DNA of 64,000 nt from Mobula hypostoma (Eukaryota). Location of the stretch: positions 67,210,001 to 67,274,000 of the forward strand of contig NC_086108.1 of NCBI RefSeq assembly GCF_963921235.1. The letters are read 5' to 3'. The notes below the pieces were generated by a model. That model saw only the letters and a program-made list of their open reading frames with translations. It was not told the DNA's origin and searched no databases. The position numbers and the translations under genes were made by a program. Shown piece after piece: positions 12,595 to 26,505 of this stretch. Position 1 is the stretch's first letter. Each line of letters begins with the position of its first letter.

Positions 12595-12967
12595 AGGCTG
12601 TAGTAGGTTACAGACTCAGTCAGTTTCGTCACGGGCACAATCCTCCTCATCATTAAGGACATCCTCAAGCTGCAGTGCCTCAGGAAAATGGCATCCACAT
12701 TTAAGAAACCTCACATGTGGGACATGCACTCTTCCCACTGTTACCATCAGCGAGGAGGTACAGGAGCCTGGAGATCCACATCCAGCAATTCAGAAACCTC
12801 TTCTCCCCTCCGCCATCAGATTTGTGAACAGTCTGTGGCCCCATGAACACTACCTCCTTATTCCTTTTTCATGCACAATCTATTTGCTTTTGTAACGTAT
12901 ACAATTTTTACGTACCGTTGCTGCATCACGTCATTTAAGCCATTGCTAATAAACTGAATCTGATTCT
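12595..12967 (+). mobile_element. Rex1/Babar-like 3' fragment
   Basis: CTCTTCCCACTGTTACCATCAG and CCCTCCGCCATCAGATTT remnants. Tail AATAAACTGAATCTGATTCTG. Confidence 0.7.
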
Positions 12968-14789
12968 GGTTCACTGACTTCTAATTAGAGTATTCCAAAT
13001 TCAATTATAAATCATCATTGAGATTGCGGCTTATTGAAATATCATATAACTCCACACTCGACCACAGGGCTCACTCCGAGAGATGCAGGTAAAGCAAATG
13101 AAGCAAAAGAAAAATCATGATTTGTATTTGAGTGTCAGTGAGAAGCATTTCAGAGAGAGCTAATATAATACATAGAAAATATTTTACTTAGAAAGTAAAT
13201 GATATAAAAATTGGAGAAGTCAGAAATATCAATTTGATCAAATGGCTGAAGCAAGAGATATATAGCCCATTGTGAAGAAATATTTGATAGTGTATTTATT
13301 TCTGAAGGGAATAAGGAACTAGGTATTGAAGATAAAACATAGGTCAATAGTAATTTAAATTAGCATATTACATGTTCATCAGAAAACTTCAGAATAAAGG
13401 ATTTCCACTGTAGACAGAGATAAAGTGGAATTTCTTCTTTCACAAACCTTTGAAATCCTTTCACCAAGAGAGTTGTGAGGGCTGAGCAAGATAGACCCCC
13501 GGACTGTGCAGAAATCAACTATGGTAGCCATGGATCAGATGGGAAAGTAGAGTTGACACCAAGACCAGCAGAATTTTATTTATTAATGGAGCAGGTTCAT
13601 GAGATTTTATGGTCTTTTCCTGCTCTTATTTCTTATGTGGGAGAGAGTCAAGTGTGTGACTATCTCACATTGTCAGTGCTCCAGATGTATAATTTCTAAA
13701 ACTAATAAAGTACATAAGCAGAACCACAAAAAAAACTTAAGAATCCAGAAATCTGAAGTTACTCAGAATATCAGGAAGCACGTATAGGAAGTTAACCTTT
13801 CAAGTTAATGATCTTGCATCACAGTGTGTGTTAACCTTAATGATTCTAGATATTCAAGGATGTTGGTATACTGGCCCTTTCTTCAATAAAAGAATAAATG
13901 TGAATGCAAATCCTTTCCTTTTTACATGAAGTTAGCATATTAATATTTTTCCCACACAAACTGTCATCTTTCATGATCACTTAATTAAGAAGAATAGTCT
14001 TATAGGTCATCAAATAGCATGATAGGCTAGAGAAGCAAATCTACAGGGAAATTAGAGAGGTGAAAGAATTCTCGAGTTCTTCAATATTGATTGGGATAAT
14101 GCTAGTATAAAGAGCAAAGGAGGGGGTAATTTCAGTAACTTACGCAGGGGAATATACAAACACATGAAATAGGTGCAGGAATAGGCTTCATAAGCCTGTT
14201 CTGCCATTTAATAAGATCATCACTAATCTAAAAGTAACCACAAACTCTGCATTTCTGTTTACTCCTGGTAATCTTTCACCCCTTCGCTTATTAAGTGCTT
14301 TTCTATCTCTGTCTTAAAAATACTCAGATTCTGCTTTCACTTCACTTAGATAAAGTGGGTTCTAAGGACTCAAGATTGTCTGAGAGAGAGAAAAAAAATC
14401 ATCCAAGCTATTTTAAATGGAAAACAATGATTTTTTTCCCTGAAAAGACCCTGCTTCTACAGGATGCATTTTCCTTGTGTATGAGAACCACAGAGACCCT
14501 CAAGACTTATGGCCAAGTGCTGCGAGAAGATGGGATGGATGAGTGCAATAAGAACAAAGGCAGTTTCCATACGGAGGATCTGGAGAAGCCTGTAGTGCAG
14601 AAAAATATCTTTGGTCATTCTCCTTAACTTTGTGCACTAAGGGAAGAGTAGCTGAAGTCTTCTCCGTGAGTATGGAGTTTGGGTGATCACTCCAATACAG
14701 CAGTGAACAGCAAACCATGAGATGTGGGAGAGCTGCAGAGGGGCAGCAAATGTAGTACATTAATTCAAGAAAGCTGTATGGATAAGCGA

Positions 14790-15005
14790 GCTAAATGCAG
14801 GCAATTGAATCAAACATAATAGGTGGGGAGATACGAGAAAAGAATCTAAGGAAAGGTTAGTCGTCACTTGGAGCTGCAGGGATTGAACACATTAACATAT
14901 GGTTTTATTAACGTGTGATCCTGCCTGACTAATTTGTGTTTTTTTGTGAGGATGTAAGTAAGTGCTGCAATGTGGGTAGTCTAGTTGACGCAGTCCATTC
15001 CGATT
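14790..15005 (+). mobile_element. Old CR1 RT fragment
   Basis: CATATGGTTTT...TCCTGCCTGACTAATTTG...GAGGATGTAA...GTTGACGCAGTC corresponds to the QHGF..SCLTNL..FFEDV..VDAV region. Confidence 0.6.
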
Positions 15006-15024
15006 TCTTTTTTATTTACTTTTG

Positions 15025-16040
15025 TAATCTGGACATTGCTTGAAGACCAACATTAATTGCCCATCCCTCTGCTGATGGAACTCTGATAGAGTTGAGTGGA
15101 GAGTATTCCCAGGATTTAAACCAATGAGGATAAAGGAGCAGAAATATATTTAAAACCATGATGGTACATCATCTTGATGGTGTTGCCTCGAGCCTACTAC
15201 TTTTGTCTTTCACAGTGGTAGAGGAGCTGTTGGTGATGCACTTAACTAAATTGTGCTTCTGTCCATTCACCTGTAGATGATGGAAAAGCATTGGAATGTC
15301 AGGAAGCAAATTACTCCCTGCATGAATCATGACAACTAATCTGCTCTTGTAACAATGAAGCTGGTCCCATTGAGATTTTGCTCAATGGGGATCTTTAAGA
15401 TTTTGATGATGAAAGACTCAGAGATGATCATGCGTTTGAGTGTCATGAATTGCCTCTCTCTTGTTGGAGTTGGCCTTTGTCTAGTTCTTTTGTGCTTTCA
15501 CTTACCAGCTGATGGGTGAACATTGTCTAAGTTCTGCTGCATGTACATATGACTTGCTTGATTTGTTGAAAAGGTGCAGGTGGACCTGAGCATTGTGAAC
15601 TCACCTGTGAACATCACAACTTCTGACCTAATAATGGAGGAAATTGATAAAGATGGCTAGAATTAGGACACTGCTCTAAGGAATGTCTGCAGTGATGTCC
15701 AGTGTCACAGACAGTCACTTGCACTTCACCTCTGGAGGTCAGTTGTTTGCGCCATGTTTGGGACTGGGTGGTCCAAGGGAAACTCACATAGACCATCAGT
15801 GAGGAGACCACCGATGAGGTGAGTAAATGTTTTTGGAGGGCACTTCTGGTGATGTCTAATGGCATCCTTCATGGAAAGTAGACTGAGAAGTATTTCAACA
15901 AATTGTTGCTTTCCTGTATTTTGTGACCAGGACGTACCCAGGCAATTTTCCAGGTAGCTGCCAATGTTGTAACTGTATTGAAACGGCTTGGCTAGAGGTG
16001 CAGTTAGTTCTGAAACACAATTCTCAGCATTCACTATTAA
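15025..16040 (-). mobile_element. Old L2/CR1-clade LINE RT fragment
   Basis: ORF 15726..16034 has CVSELTAPLAKPFQYSYNIG and ORF 15614..15865 has QTWRKQLTSRGEVQVTVCD. Homologous to 17790-18250 on the opposite strand. Confidence 0.65.
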
Positions 16041-17789
16041 AGGGAAACTACTCTAGTAGGTTGAGTCATGCCTGGACAAGTGTAACGCCAACAAAACTCT
16101 GGATGCTTGACACCACTCAGGACAAAGCAGCAGATTCACCACTCTAAACATACACCCCTCCACCAGCAATTCATCGTGACTGAAGTGTGTACCAGTTTAT
16201 ACAATACGCTCCAGTAACTTGTCAAGTTTATCATCTGCACCTCCCAAATCCCTGACATCAAACACCTTGAAAAGCAAGAGCTGCAGATGTATGGGAATCT
16301 GACCACCTCCTTGTTCCCTATTTATACACACATTATCTTGACTTGAAAAAATATCACTGATATTTCCAAACAAACAAAGGTATCACATGCATGGTAGAAC
16401 ACACTAATTGACCACCAAGTAAGTATAATAAACAAGGTAATATTCATGTTTCTGTTCAGTGAATTATTTTTAATCTTTAAATGTGCAGAATAATCCCAAG
16501 AAATAACTTTTATTTTTATAGAACTGTCATCAAACAACATCATATTGCCTGTTTATAAAATATTCTTAGCCTATCTACAGAAAGTTAGAGAAAGATAAAC
16601 TTGTGCAAGTTTTTCATTACTTTATGAGTGCCACAGTGGATGATAGGTTGATGGACTGGGAGAGGGTGACAAAAAAAGAGTAAAAGACAAGCACTTTATA
16701 TGATCACAGGATCATATTAAAAGAAGTCTCACACTTGCTCACTTGAATAATCTTTATCTCATTTTGTTTTCTGTGCTTAGATAGGAAAAGCTGAACAATA
16801 TGGAGCAGAACCTGATAAATACTGCTATATTATTTACTTCATAAATAATACAATTCAAATTTAATACAAAACATCCTTGAAAGATTAAAATTATTAAGTA
16901 CAGTATTACCTCATGCAAACTTCCCAAATAAAATCGGTCAGTAAGTGTTCAGAGCTTGGAGCCCCAATATTCCTTGGAATTGAATTATTATTTGATAGTT
17001 TTCTTTGCATTACCAGAACTAAGAATAATAATTAACTAGAATGTTCTGACAATTTCCAACAACTCTCTCCAGATTTTATCACTCACCTACATGCTTGGAG
17101 CAATTTTCAATGGCCAAATAACCCATTTTTCAAATACACTTTTAGTGTTTGTATAATAATAAATTCCAGCAATTTCTTATTACTGATGTCAGACTAACAG
17201 GTCTATGTATTTCTTTATTTTCATGCCCCTTTTATAATCCTATGTAGCAAGTTTAATCGTGAGGTCATACCTGTTACATTTCCATTTATGAGAATCATTC
17301 TATTACGACTAGTGAAGCCATTGTCTCCACTTCCATCTCTTTTAAAACTTTGGGATGCTTCTGAGAATATTACCCTTTCCCCTCCCATTAATATCTCCAA
17401 TATGAGCTTTTAACCAATGTTAACTTTATTGAATTTATCATTTAATCCAGATTTGTGATTTCAATGGAAATAATAACCTGATACAAGACGATAAATTTAT
17501 CATCGTCTTTTTGCTTAGTCTAAGTCTAAGTTATTCACAAAAGGTAGGAAATAAGTTGCTTATATTGAAAATTATAATTTTCTTTGCCTTACAACCATTA
17601 TAATAGTGAGTACTGGAAAAGCTGCAGATCCATAAGAGTCCGCAGGAGTCACTGCACTAATAAACTTATGAGGATGCTTACAGAGCCTTATCCTCAGAGA
17701 GAGAAGTTTGCCAGTCTTCCCTAAACAGAATTTAGTTGAATATTTACCATGAATACTTGTTTCTATTAAAAAAAGTATTGCATCATAGC

Positions 17790-19800
17790 ATGAATCTAAT
17801 CAGCTAATTAATGTCCAACCAATCCATTACTGATTATCAGCAAAGTGATGGAACGTGTCACTGACAGTGTTATCAAAGGCCAGTTACTAGCCAGTGACCT
17901 ACTTACCCATAGCCAGTTTGGGTTTTGTCAGCATCACTCAACTCCAAACCTCAACATAGTCTTGGTCTAAACATGGACCAAAGAGCTGAATTCTGGAGGT
18001 GAGGTAAGAAGGACTACTTATGACTTTAAGGCAGATTTTGACAGAGCAATATATCAAAGAAACCCTGCTAAAACTAAATCAAAGTGCATCAAGGAAGTAC
18101 ACACGAATGGCTGAAGTCTTGCCTTGTACAAAGGAAGTCACTCATCCTATCCACAGGACATTGTCACATGAGTTCCTTAGGCCAGTGTCTCAGACTCAAC
18201 CATCTTCAGTGCCTCCATTAATAATCTTCCTTTCACTTTTCTCCCCTACAATCCAGTGACAGATCCTTACTTATGGTCTCACCACTCCATACCCTTTTCC
18301 TCCAGTTTAAAACTTGATTTGTTTCTAAATTTTACAGTTCTTTTCAGTGACATGAATGCTTAACTGTGTCTCCCTTCTCTCAATGGATTTAAAAGTCACT
18401 GTGTGCATGTTAGATTGCAGCAATGATCGATCCCAGTTTGGCCCTAAACTAGAATCTTAAATATTTACACAGGGTACTATGGAATCATGAGAGGAGAGCA
18501 GGTTATGGCTGTTTGAGAAAGGACATTCAACAGTTTAACAGGGGGACAAGTAATAGTTAACATTTAAGAAAAGAATGCATACATGGCCTGGTGTACATAT
18601 CTAGGCTTTTCTGTTTAAAAATTTCAGTAGTGGGATGTTCAGTGACGATTGAACAATGTTCAATTTCATATGCAAATCTCCAGATATGACACAGTTTATG
18701 CTTACATGCAGCAGGTTCTAGCCAGTATTCCAGACAATTGGCTGATAAGTGGCAAATAATATTCTTGCTACCAAAGTACCAGCCAGTGATTACCTTTAAC
18801 ATAAAATGTTAAAGCAAGGATGTAATGTTGATACTTTATAAAGCACTGGTGAGGCCTCATTTGGAGTATTGTGAGCAATTTTGTGCCCCTTATCTAAGAA
18901 AGGATGTGTTGACTTTGGAAAGGGTTCAAAGGAGATTCACGAAAATGATTCCAGTATTGAACGGCTTGTCATATGAGGAACATTTGATGGCTCTGGTCCT
19001 CTACTCACTGCAATTCAAAAGAATGAGGGGCAAACTCATTGAAACCTATCGTATATTGAAAGGCCCAGATAGAGTGGATGTGGAGAGGATGTTTCCTATA
19101 GTCAGGGAGTCTAAGACCAGAGGATACAGCCTCAGAATAGGGAGGTGTCCTTTTAACCAGAGAGAGAGGAATCTGTGGAATTCATTGCCACAAGCGACTG
19201 TGGAGGCCAAGTCTTATATTAAAGGCAGAGGTTGATAGATTCTTGATTAGTCAAGGCAGGAAGAAATACGTGGGGGAAGGCAGGAGAGGGAAATGGATCA
19301 GCCATGATGAAATGGTGGAGTAGGTTCGATGGACCAAATAGCCTGATTCAGCTTGTATATCTTATGGTCTAACAAAAAGAGCCCTACGTACCAAGACATG
19401 ACATTCATTACCATTGTCATTGCTGAGACCTGAGAAATACTTACCATTTCCCCAATGCATGGCAGACCTTTGATTTGCATCCCAGTCACTACACTGACCA
19501 TTGATTCTTTCCACCATTGTCAGACAGCAGCCGCAGTGCAGTTACCCAACTTTGTTTTTCTATTAGCCGGTCTAAAAGGTGTTATATCTGCGACAAAGAA
19601 CAATGGCAACAGGCACATTGCAACCCCACCAACTGCAGGTTCCTTTTTAAAACACACACTACCCTGACTGAGAAATATGTTGCTGTTCCTTCAACTTCCT
19701 TCCCAGTTGTGTCGTGCAAGTAACGTCATCATTAAGAAGCAGCAGTTCATTCAGATGGCTCACCACCACTTACTCAAGGACAACCAGGGATGGGCACGGA
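17790..19800 (+). mobile_element. Old L2/CR1-clade LINE in pieces (17790-18250, 18690-18800, 19372-19800), interrupted by CR1 fragments
   Basis: SQFGFCQHHSTPNL..VLV*TWTKELNSGGEVRRT remnant, GCTGATAAGTGGCAAATAATATT, and 3' end GGCTCACCACCACTTACTCAAGGACAACCAGGGATGGGCA. Confidence 0.6.
18805..19371 (+). mobile_element. CR1 3' fragment
   Basis: ORF 18825..19235 LYKALVRPHLEYCEQF..LERVQRRFTKMIP. Tail TATCTTATGGTCT. Confidence 0.92.
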
Positions 19801-19925
19801 ACAGAAACATAAGCAATATAATGCAGTACTTGCAGAGGTTGTCAACAATAAAGGATGATTTTTCTGGAAATAGAAACCATTTCCATAAACTTTTAACATG
19901 TTATTTGTTCTTAAAAGTCATCGTT

Positions 19926-20620
19926 TTCATGTTAGATTGCACAAATAATCACTTAGAGACTGAAGTGACCTAGAACTCGAATCTTAAATCTTGACACAGG
20001 GAACTATGAAGTTATGAGGGGAGAGGATGCTGTGGCTGATTGGGAAAAGACATTCAACAGTTTGATAGCAGACAGACAATGGTTAGTATTTAAGAAAGTA
20101 GTACACATGTACCAAAAAAATCCTTTAGGGTATAATTAACCAAAACAAAAAATGATTTATGCATGGCTGACAAGAGAAATTAAAGATGGCATTAAATCAA
20201 AGGAAGAGGCTTATAAAGATGTGAGAAATACCAGTAGCCCTGAGGATTGGGAGTGTTTTAGAGAACTAAAAAGTAAATGCAGGGAAGAACATAAGCATGC
20301 ATAGGCAAGAACGTAAAAAGTGATTTTAAGAGCTTCTATAGGTATCTAATAAGGTAAGGATGTGAGGGCAAATCTAGATTCCGTACAAACAGAGCCAGAG
20401 ACAATTACAATGAGGAGTAAGCAATTGTCAGGGGAATTAAGCACCTGCTTCATGTCTATCTCCATACAAAAGCTGATGAATATATTGGAGAACCAGAAGT
20501 CTACCGGTAAAGGAGAACTGAAGGAAATAAGTACTAGCTACAAAAGAAGTACTTGAGAAAAGTTGGTGGGCTTGAAAGCTGACAAGTCCTCAGAACCTAA
20601 TGATCTACATGTCAGAGTTT
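19926..20620 (+). mobile_element. Old CR1 fragment (linker between endonuclease and RT)
   Basis: TRILNL.TGNYEVMRGE.AVADWEK, WLTREIKDGIKSKEEAYK and GLKADKSSEPNDLH remnants. A shorter related piece lies at 18405-18595. Confidence 0.7.
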
Positions 20621-20634
20621 TTTTTTAAAGTACA

Positions 20635-20885
20635 GAAAAAGCTGTAAGCACTCAGCAGGTCAGATAGCATCCATGGAAAGAGAAACAATTAATATTTCAG
20701 GACCAGGACCCTTCATTAAAACTGAAAAAGATAACTTTGATATCACCCTATTGTAAAAATTTTCACATGTTTTTCCACCACTATCCATTTTTGGACACAT
20801 GTTTTCTCTTTTTTTTTCGCCAGTCTGAGGAAGAATTATTTACCTGAAACATTAATCTGTTGTTCTCTCCACAGGTGCTGCCTGA
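20635..20885. mobile_element. Old inverted pair of Penelope-like terminal repeats with degenerate hammerhead cores
   Basis: Minus strand TTAATGAAGGGTCCTGGTCCTGAAATATTAA. Plus strand CTGAGGAAG...CCTGAAACATTAA...CTCCACAGGTGCTGCCTGA. Confidence 0.55.
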
Positions 20886-22150
20886 TAAACATCTTCGGCT
20901 TTACTACTGAACCATGAGTGAGTGTAATGGTTTCAATGTCTTGTTTATAGTTCTACCTGTGTTTATTGCTTTATTCAAGTGAAAACATAAATGAACCAAT
21001 ATACATCACAACAGGAAAAGAAAGTTAACCTGAAAATAATTTTGAAAAATGTCCCCTTGGGCTTTGAATAAAATGCAACCAACCAGCTATCTGCTATTCT
21101 TATTTTTATTGGAAGTAAAATGGATTTGTTGAAGATGTATCAGGTTACAAGGATCAATCAACAGCAGGTCAAACAGACTGGCAAAAAACGCATGTTGGAA
21201 CATAAGGGAAATCAGCTAATGAAATAGTGCTAAAACTACTGAGAATTCCAACTTTCAGGAGGGTCTCCTGCCACACTAGTAAAATTCATTTTTTTAAAAA
21301 AGCCTGTTTGTTACGAACTGGCTCAAATTCCAAGTACAGAAAGTATTTAGTTTTACACAAAACTATAAAAATAAATTCTTAAGACACAAGCTGAGGCTTC
21401 AGCCATCTCATGTTGAGTTCCAACTGCATAAATTGAATAACCTGGGTCTCCTTTCCTTACAAATGTCTACTATGTTTAACTTGTAACATTGTTCACTTCA
21501 AGTGCTGAATGAGAGATGGTTTACAAAAATTTTGTCTGAGAGCCAACCAGTGTTAATAATGAGCTGATATTACATATCAGTGAGGTAGTTTAGTATATAT
21601 ATATATCTAAAATATAACTTCTGTCATAATCTGATTAGGCCTTTCTTTTAGACAACTATTTTTAATGTTCTGAATGGCTTTTGTTACTGGATATATTTCA
21701 GAGTGTCTTAGCTATCAAGAAAGATAGGCAACAACATGATTACCATTTTCCATTAAGTGCTATAACTCACGTGAAAATGGATTTTGTTACATCTAGTGTG
21801 ATATAATACATATAATTATATTCCTACATACTTTTTGAATTTTTTTGTTCAAATATTTAATACTAACACTTTTTCAGTCTTTTTTCTCTCCAGAGTGAAG
21901 CATGGTAGCTTACTTTTGGGTTATTTGAACCTCTCAAAACAACAGTTCCACTCCTTTCCTGACGACAGTCACAGTTTGCTCCATCTCCCCACACCCCTCA
22001 TCACCTCCACCGATCACCATAAAACCTCTCCCCAAGGACCAAGGCTCTTGAGTTTCTCCCCACCACTCCCTGACCATAGCACCGATCTGGCTGGTCAATG
22101 GCCCTGGTGCTCCTGATTCAGCACATGCCCCTAGACCCCATTGAATCTTA

Positions 22151-24602
22151 AGACCATAAGACCATAAGACAAAGGAGCAGAAGTTGGCCATTCGGCCCAT
22201 CGAGGCTGCTCTGCTATTTCATCATGAGCTGATCCATTCTCCCATTTAGTCCCACTCCCCCGCCTTCTCACCATAACCTTTGATGCCCTGGCTACTCAGA
22301 TACCTATCAGTCTCTGCCTTAAATACACCAATGACTTGATCTCCAGTGCTGCCCGTGGCAACAAATTCCATAGATTCACCACCCTCTGACTAAAAAAATT
22401 TCTTTGCATCTCTGTTCTGAATGGGCGCCCTTCAATCCTTAAGTCATATCCTCTCGTACTAGACTCCCCCATCATGGGAAACAACTTTGCCACATTCACT
22501 CTGTCCATGCCTTTCAACATTCGAAGCGTTTCTATGAGGTCTCCCCTCATTCTTCTGAACTCCAAGGAATACAGTCCAAGAGCGGACAAACATTCCTCAT
22601 ATGTTAACCCTCTCGTTCCCGGAATCATTCTAGTGAATCTTCTCTGTACCCTCTCCAATGTCAGCACATCTTTTCTTAAATAAGGAGACCAAAACTGCCC
22701 ACAGTACTCCAAGTGAGGTCTTACCAGCGCCTTATAGAGCCTCAACATCACATCCCTGCTCCGATACTCTATTCCTCTAGAAATGAATGCCAACATTGCA
22801 TTCGCATTCTTCACCACCGACTCAACCTGGAGATTAACCTTAAGGATATCCTGCACAAGGACTCCCAAGTCCCGATGCATCTCTCTCCATTTAAATAATA
22901 GTCTGCCCGTTTACTTCTTCTGCCAAAGTGCATAACCATACACTTTCCAACATTGTATTTCATTTGCCACTTCTTTGCTCATTCTTCCTATATATCCAAC
23001 TCTCTCTGCAGACTCTCTGTTTCCTCAGCACTACCAGCCCCTCCACTTATCTTTGTATCATCAGCAAGCTTAGCCACAAAGCCATCTATTCCATAATCCA
23101 AATCGTTGATGTACAACGTAAAAAGAAGCTGCCCCAACATGGACCCCTGTGGAACACCACTGGTAACCGGCAGCCAACCAGAATAGAACCCCTTTATTCC
23201 TACTCTCTGCTTCCTGTCTTTCAGCCAACACCCTATCCACGTATGTAACTTTCCCGTAATTCCATGGGCTCTTATCTTGTTAAGCAGTCTCATGTGTGGC
23301 ACCTTGTCAAAGGCCTTCTGAAAATCCAAATATACAACATCCACTGCATCTCCTTTGTCTAGCCTACTTGTAATTTCCTCAAAAAATTGCAATAGGTTTG
23401 TCAGGCAGGATTTTCCTTTAAGGAATCCATGCTGAGTTCTGCCTATCTTGTCATATGCCTCCTGGTACTCCGTAACCTCATCCTTGACAATCGACTCCAA
23501 CAACTTCCCAACCACCAATGCCAAGCTAACAGGTCTATAATTTCCTTTTTGCTTCCTTGCCCCCTTCTTAAAATAGCGGAATGACATTTGCAATCTTCTA
23601 GTCCTCCGGAACCATGCCAGAATCTATCAACTTTTGAAAGATCATCGCTAATGCCTCCGCAATCTCCACAGCTACTTCCTTCAGAACACGAGGGTGCATT
23701 CCATCTGGTCCGGGAGATTTATCTACCTTTAGACTATTCAGCTTCCTGACTACTTTCTCTGTTGTAATTGTGACTGCGCACACTTCTCTTCCCTGCCACC
23801 CTTGAGTGTCCGGTATACTGCTGATGTCTTCCTCAGTGAAGGCTGATGCAAAATACTCATTCAGTTCCTCCGCCATCTCCTTATCTCCCATTACAATTTC
23901 TCCAGCATCATTTTCTATCAGTCCTATATCTACTCCCACCTTTCTTTTACTCTTTATATACTTGAAGGAGTTTAGTATCCTGTTTGATATTATTTGCTGG
24001 CTTCATTTCAGAGTCAATCTTTTCCCTCTTAATGACCTTCTTAGTTTCCTTTTGTAAGCTTTTAAAAACTTCCCAATCCTCTGTCTTCCCACTAATTTTT
24101 GCTTCCTTGTATGCCCTCCCCTTTGCTTTAACTTTGGCTTTGACTTCTCCTGTCAGCCACAGTTGCATCCTTTTTCCATTCAAAAATTTCTTCTGTTTTG
24201 GAATATACCTGTCTTGCACCTTCCTCACTTTTCGCATAAACTCCAGCCAGTGCTGCTCTGCCGTCCTTCCCGCCAGTGCCCCTTTCCAGTCAAATTTGGC
24301 CAGTTCCTCTCTCATGACACTATAATTTCCTTTACTCCACTGAAATACCGACAGATCAGATTTCGGCTTCTCTTTTTCAAATTTCACAGTGAACTCAATC
24401 ATGTGATGATCACTGCCTCCTAAGGGTTCCTTCACCTCAATCTCTCTAATCACCTCCGGTTCATTACACAATACCCAATCCAGTATAGCCGATCCCCTAG
24501 TGGGCTCAACAACAAGCTGTTCTAAAAAGCCATCTCGCAGACATTCTACAAATTCTCTCTCTTGAGATCCAGTGCCAACCTGATTTTCCCAATCCACTCG
24601 CA
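22151..24602 (-). mobile_element. CR1 LINE, about 2.45 kb (end of endonuclease, RT, 3' UTR), frameshifted
   Basis: Four consecutive minus ORFs (23947..24603, 23598..23939, 22988..23593, 22296..22880) with LGGSDH, SPGPDG, NYRPVSL, SGVPQGS and KLADDTK. Tandem tail (GACCATAA)n at 22152-22170. Confidence 0.96.
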
Positions 24603-24831
24603 TCTTGTCTCATACATCCCTTGACCAGAGTTTGTGACGATTGTCTGGAACGATGAATGTTACCATGCTGCAGCAATCCAGCACACCTTTGCAGACCACT
24701 AGAAATATTGGGCCTCTACTTTCTTTTCCCCCTTCATACCCAATAGTGGTCTCTCTCTTTTTCCCTGCTATATGTGCTTTCCATCCACTTTTGAGTTTCA
24801 TTTTCATTACACACATTTCTCTTTTTTTTAA

Positions 24832-24972
24832 AGTTATAGAGTCATAGAAAAGTACAGCATAAAAACAGGCCATTAAGTCCATAAGTCCTTCTAGTCTGTG
24901 AAAACCATTTAAACTGCCTACTCTCATTGAACTGCACTGGGACCATAGCTCTCCATACCCCTACCATCCATG
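24832..24972 (-). mobile_element. CR1-type 3' tail fragment
   Basis: ATAGAGTCATAGAAAAGTACAGCAT..AAACAGGCC; similar to the plus-strand copy at 59040-59125. Confidence 0.65.
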
Positions 24973-26014
24973 TATGGGTCTTTGTTCCTACTTTTCTATT
25001 TCTTCTCTGTTGTCCTATTCCTGTCTCTTCTCTTGTCTCTCTGTTTCTCCTGCTTCTCTTTGTTCTCAGTGATTGATATTCATCTTATTTGTTTACTTCT
25101 GTCCCCATTTCTCTCATTTTGATGGTTTCTTTCTGTCTCCGTTTCTCTCGTTCATTGCTGTCAGTCTCTTGAGAAATCTGAGGAGGTGGCATGCTGGTGT
25201 TTGGACACAGAATTATTTGATTTTGCTTCCCTAACATCTGGCATGACTCTGTGTAAAATCAAGCACAGAGAATAGACTGGTCCACAATTCTCAGGACTTC
25301 CCACTAAAAAGGAATTTCCATATGCAATGGGAGTGGAGCAGGGACCAGCTGATATTGTATGCATGCAGAAACTCAAGCTACTTTGGATCTCTACCACCTC
25401 TATATTCTAACCAGTTAGAAACACTCCATCCTACCCTTTTTTAAGCATCACACTTGTCACTTCGAGGTCTATTTGCCATCCTTTTTATCCATTTGTTGTA
25501 CTTATTAGTAGCTTGTTTATATTCATTTGTAAGATGTGAATAATAGTGGCAGGTTATCATTTATTGCCTATCCCTCAATGAGAAGTTGCTGGTGAACCAC
25601 TGCAGTGTTTCTGCTTATTCTACTTGACAGGAGTTCATTGATGGCCCAAGTACGGAAGCAAAGACACAGACACAGAGTGGACAGTTTACTGTGTTTAATT
25701 AAGAACCATACAGAATTAAGGAAAATAATAGATGATTGGCCAACAGAGCCACTAACTAAAAAGTCTCAAATTAACTGAAAAACTAATGCCATCACTGCAA
25801 CTCAAAAGCAGTAACCTAGAACTTAATTAATACCGCTCCTTTAACAGCATCTATTTAAGTCACTAATCTTCTTTCCCAGAACGTGGACTAAGGTAAGCAA
25901 GGACTGTTGTTGTCACTGTGCTTCGATCAAAACTTGACAAGACTGAAATAAAAGAAAAAGTTCAATGCAGTTAGAAAGAAACCCCAATTGGCTGGAATGA
26001 GTGATTAAAGTGGG

Positions 26015-26505
26015 AAGAGTGCAGAATAGAGTTACAAGTATATTGCCAGGACTAGAGGGCCTTTACTTATTAGGGAAAGATTGGCCAGGCCAGGTCCTTA
26101 TTCCTTGGAATATAGGAGAAAGAGGAGTGATCCTATAGAAATGTTTAAAATTATGAGGGGCATAGGTAAGGTAGATGGTAACAGACTTTTCTGCAGGGCA
26201 GGGGTGTCCAAAACGAGGAGACATAAATTTAGGGTGTGGCAAAAGGTTTGAAAGGGGCCTGAAAAGCATCTTTTGCATGCAGTGGGTTGTGAGTATATTG
26301 AACAAGTTGCCTGAGGAAGTGGCTGAGACAGGTACAGTGGGTTCATTTACGAAGCCAGGACAGGAACATACAGAGGTGCGACTAAGAGGGATATGGGCTG
26401 AACTGAGGAAATTGGGACTAATTGGGTGGGCAGTGGTCAGCATGGACTCGATTGGCTGAAGGGTCTGAATCTATGCTGTATTGCTCTAATACTCAATGAC
26501 TCTCT
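26015..26505 (+). mobile_element. CR1 3' fragment
   Basis: WVVSILNKLPEEVAETGT remnant and CR1 3' UTR GGCTGAAGGGTCTGAATCTATGCTGTATTGCTCTAA. Confidence 0.8.

Noticed and set aside
25630..25980. Possible solo LTR
   Set aside because: No clear TG...CA ends, TSD or second copy.
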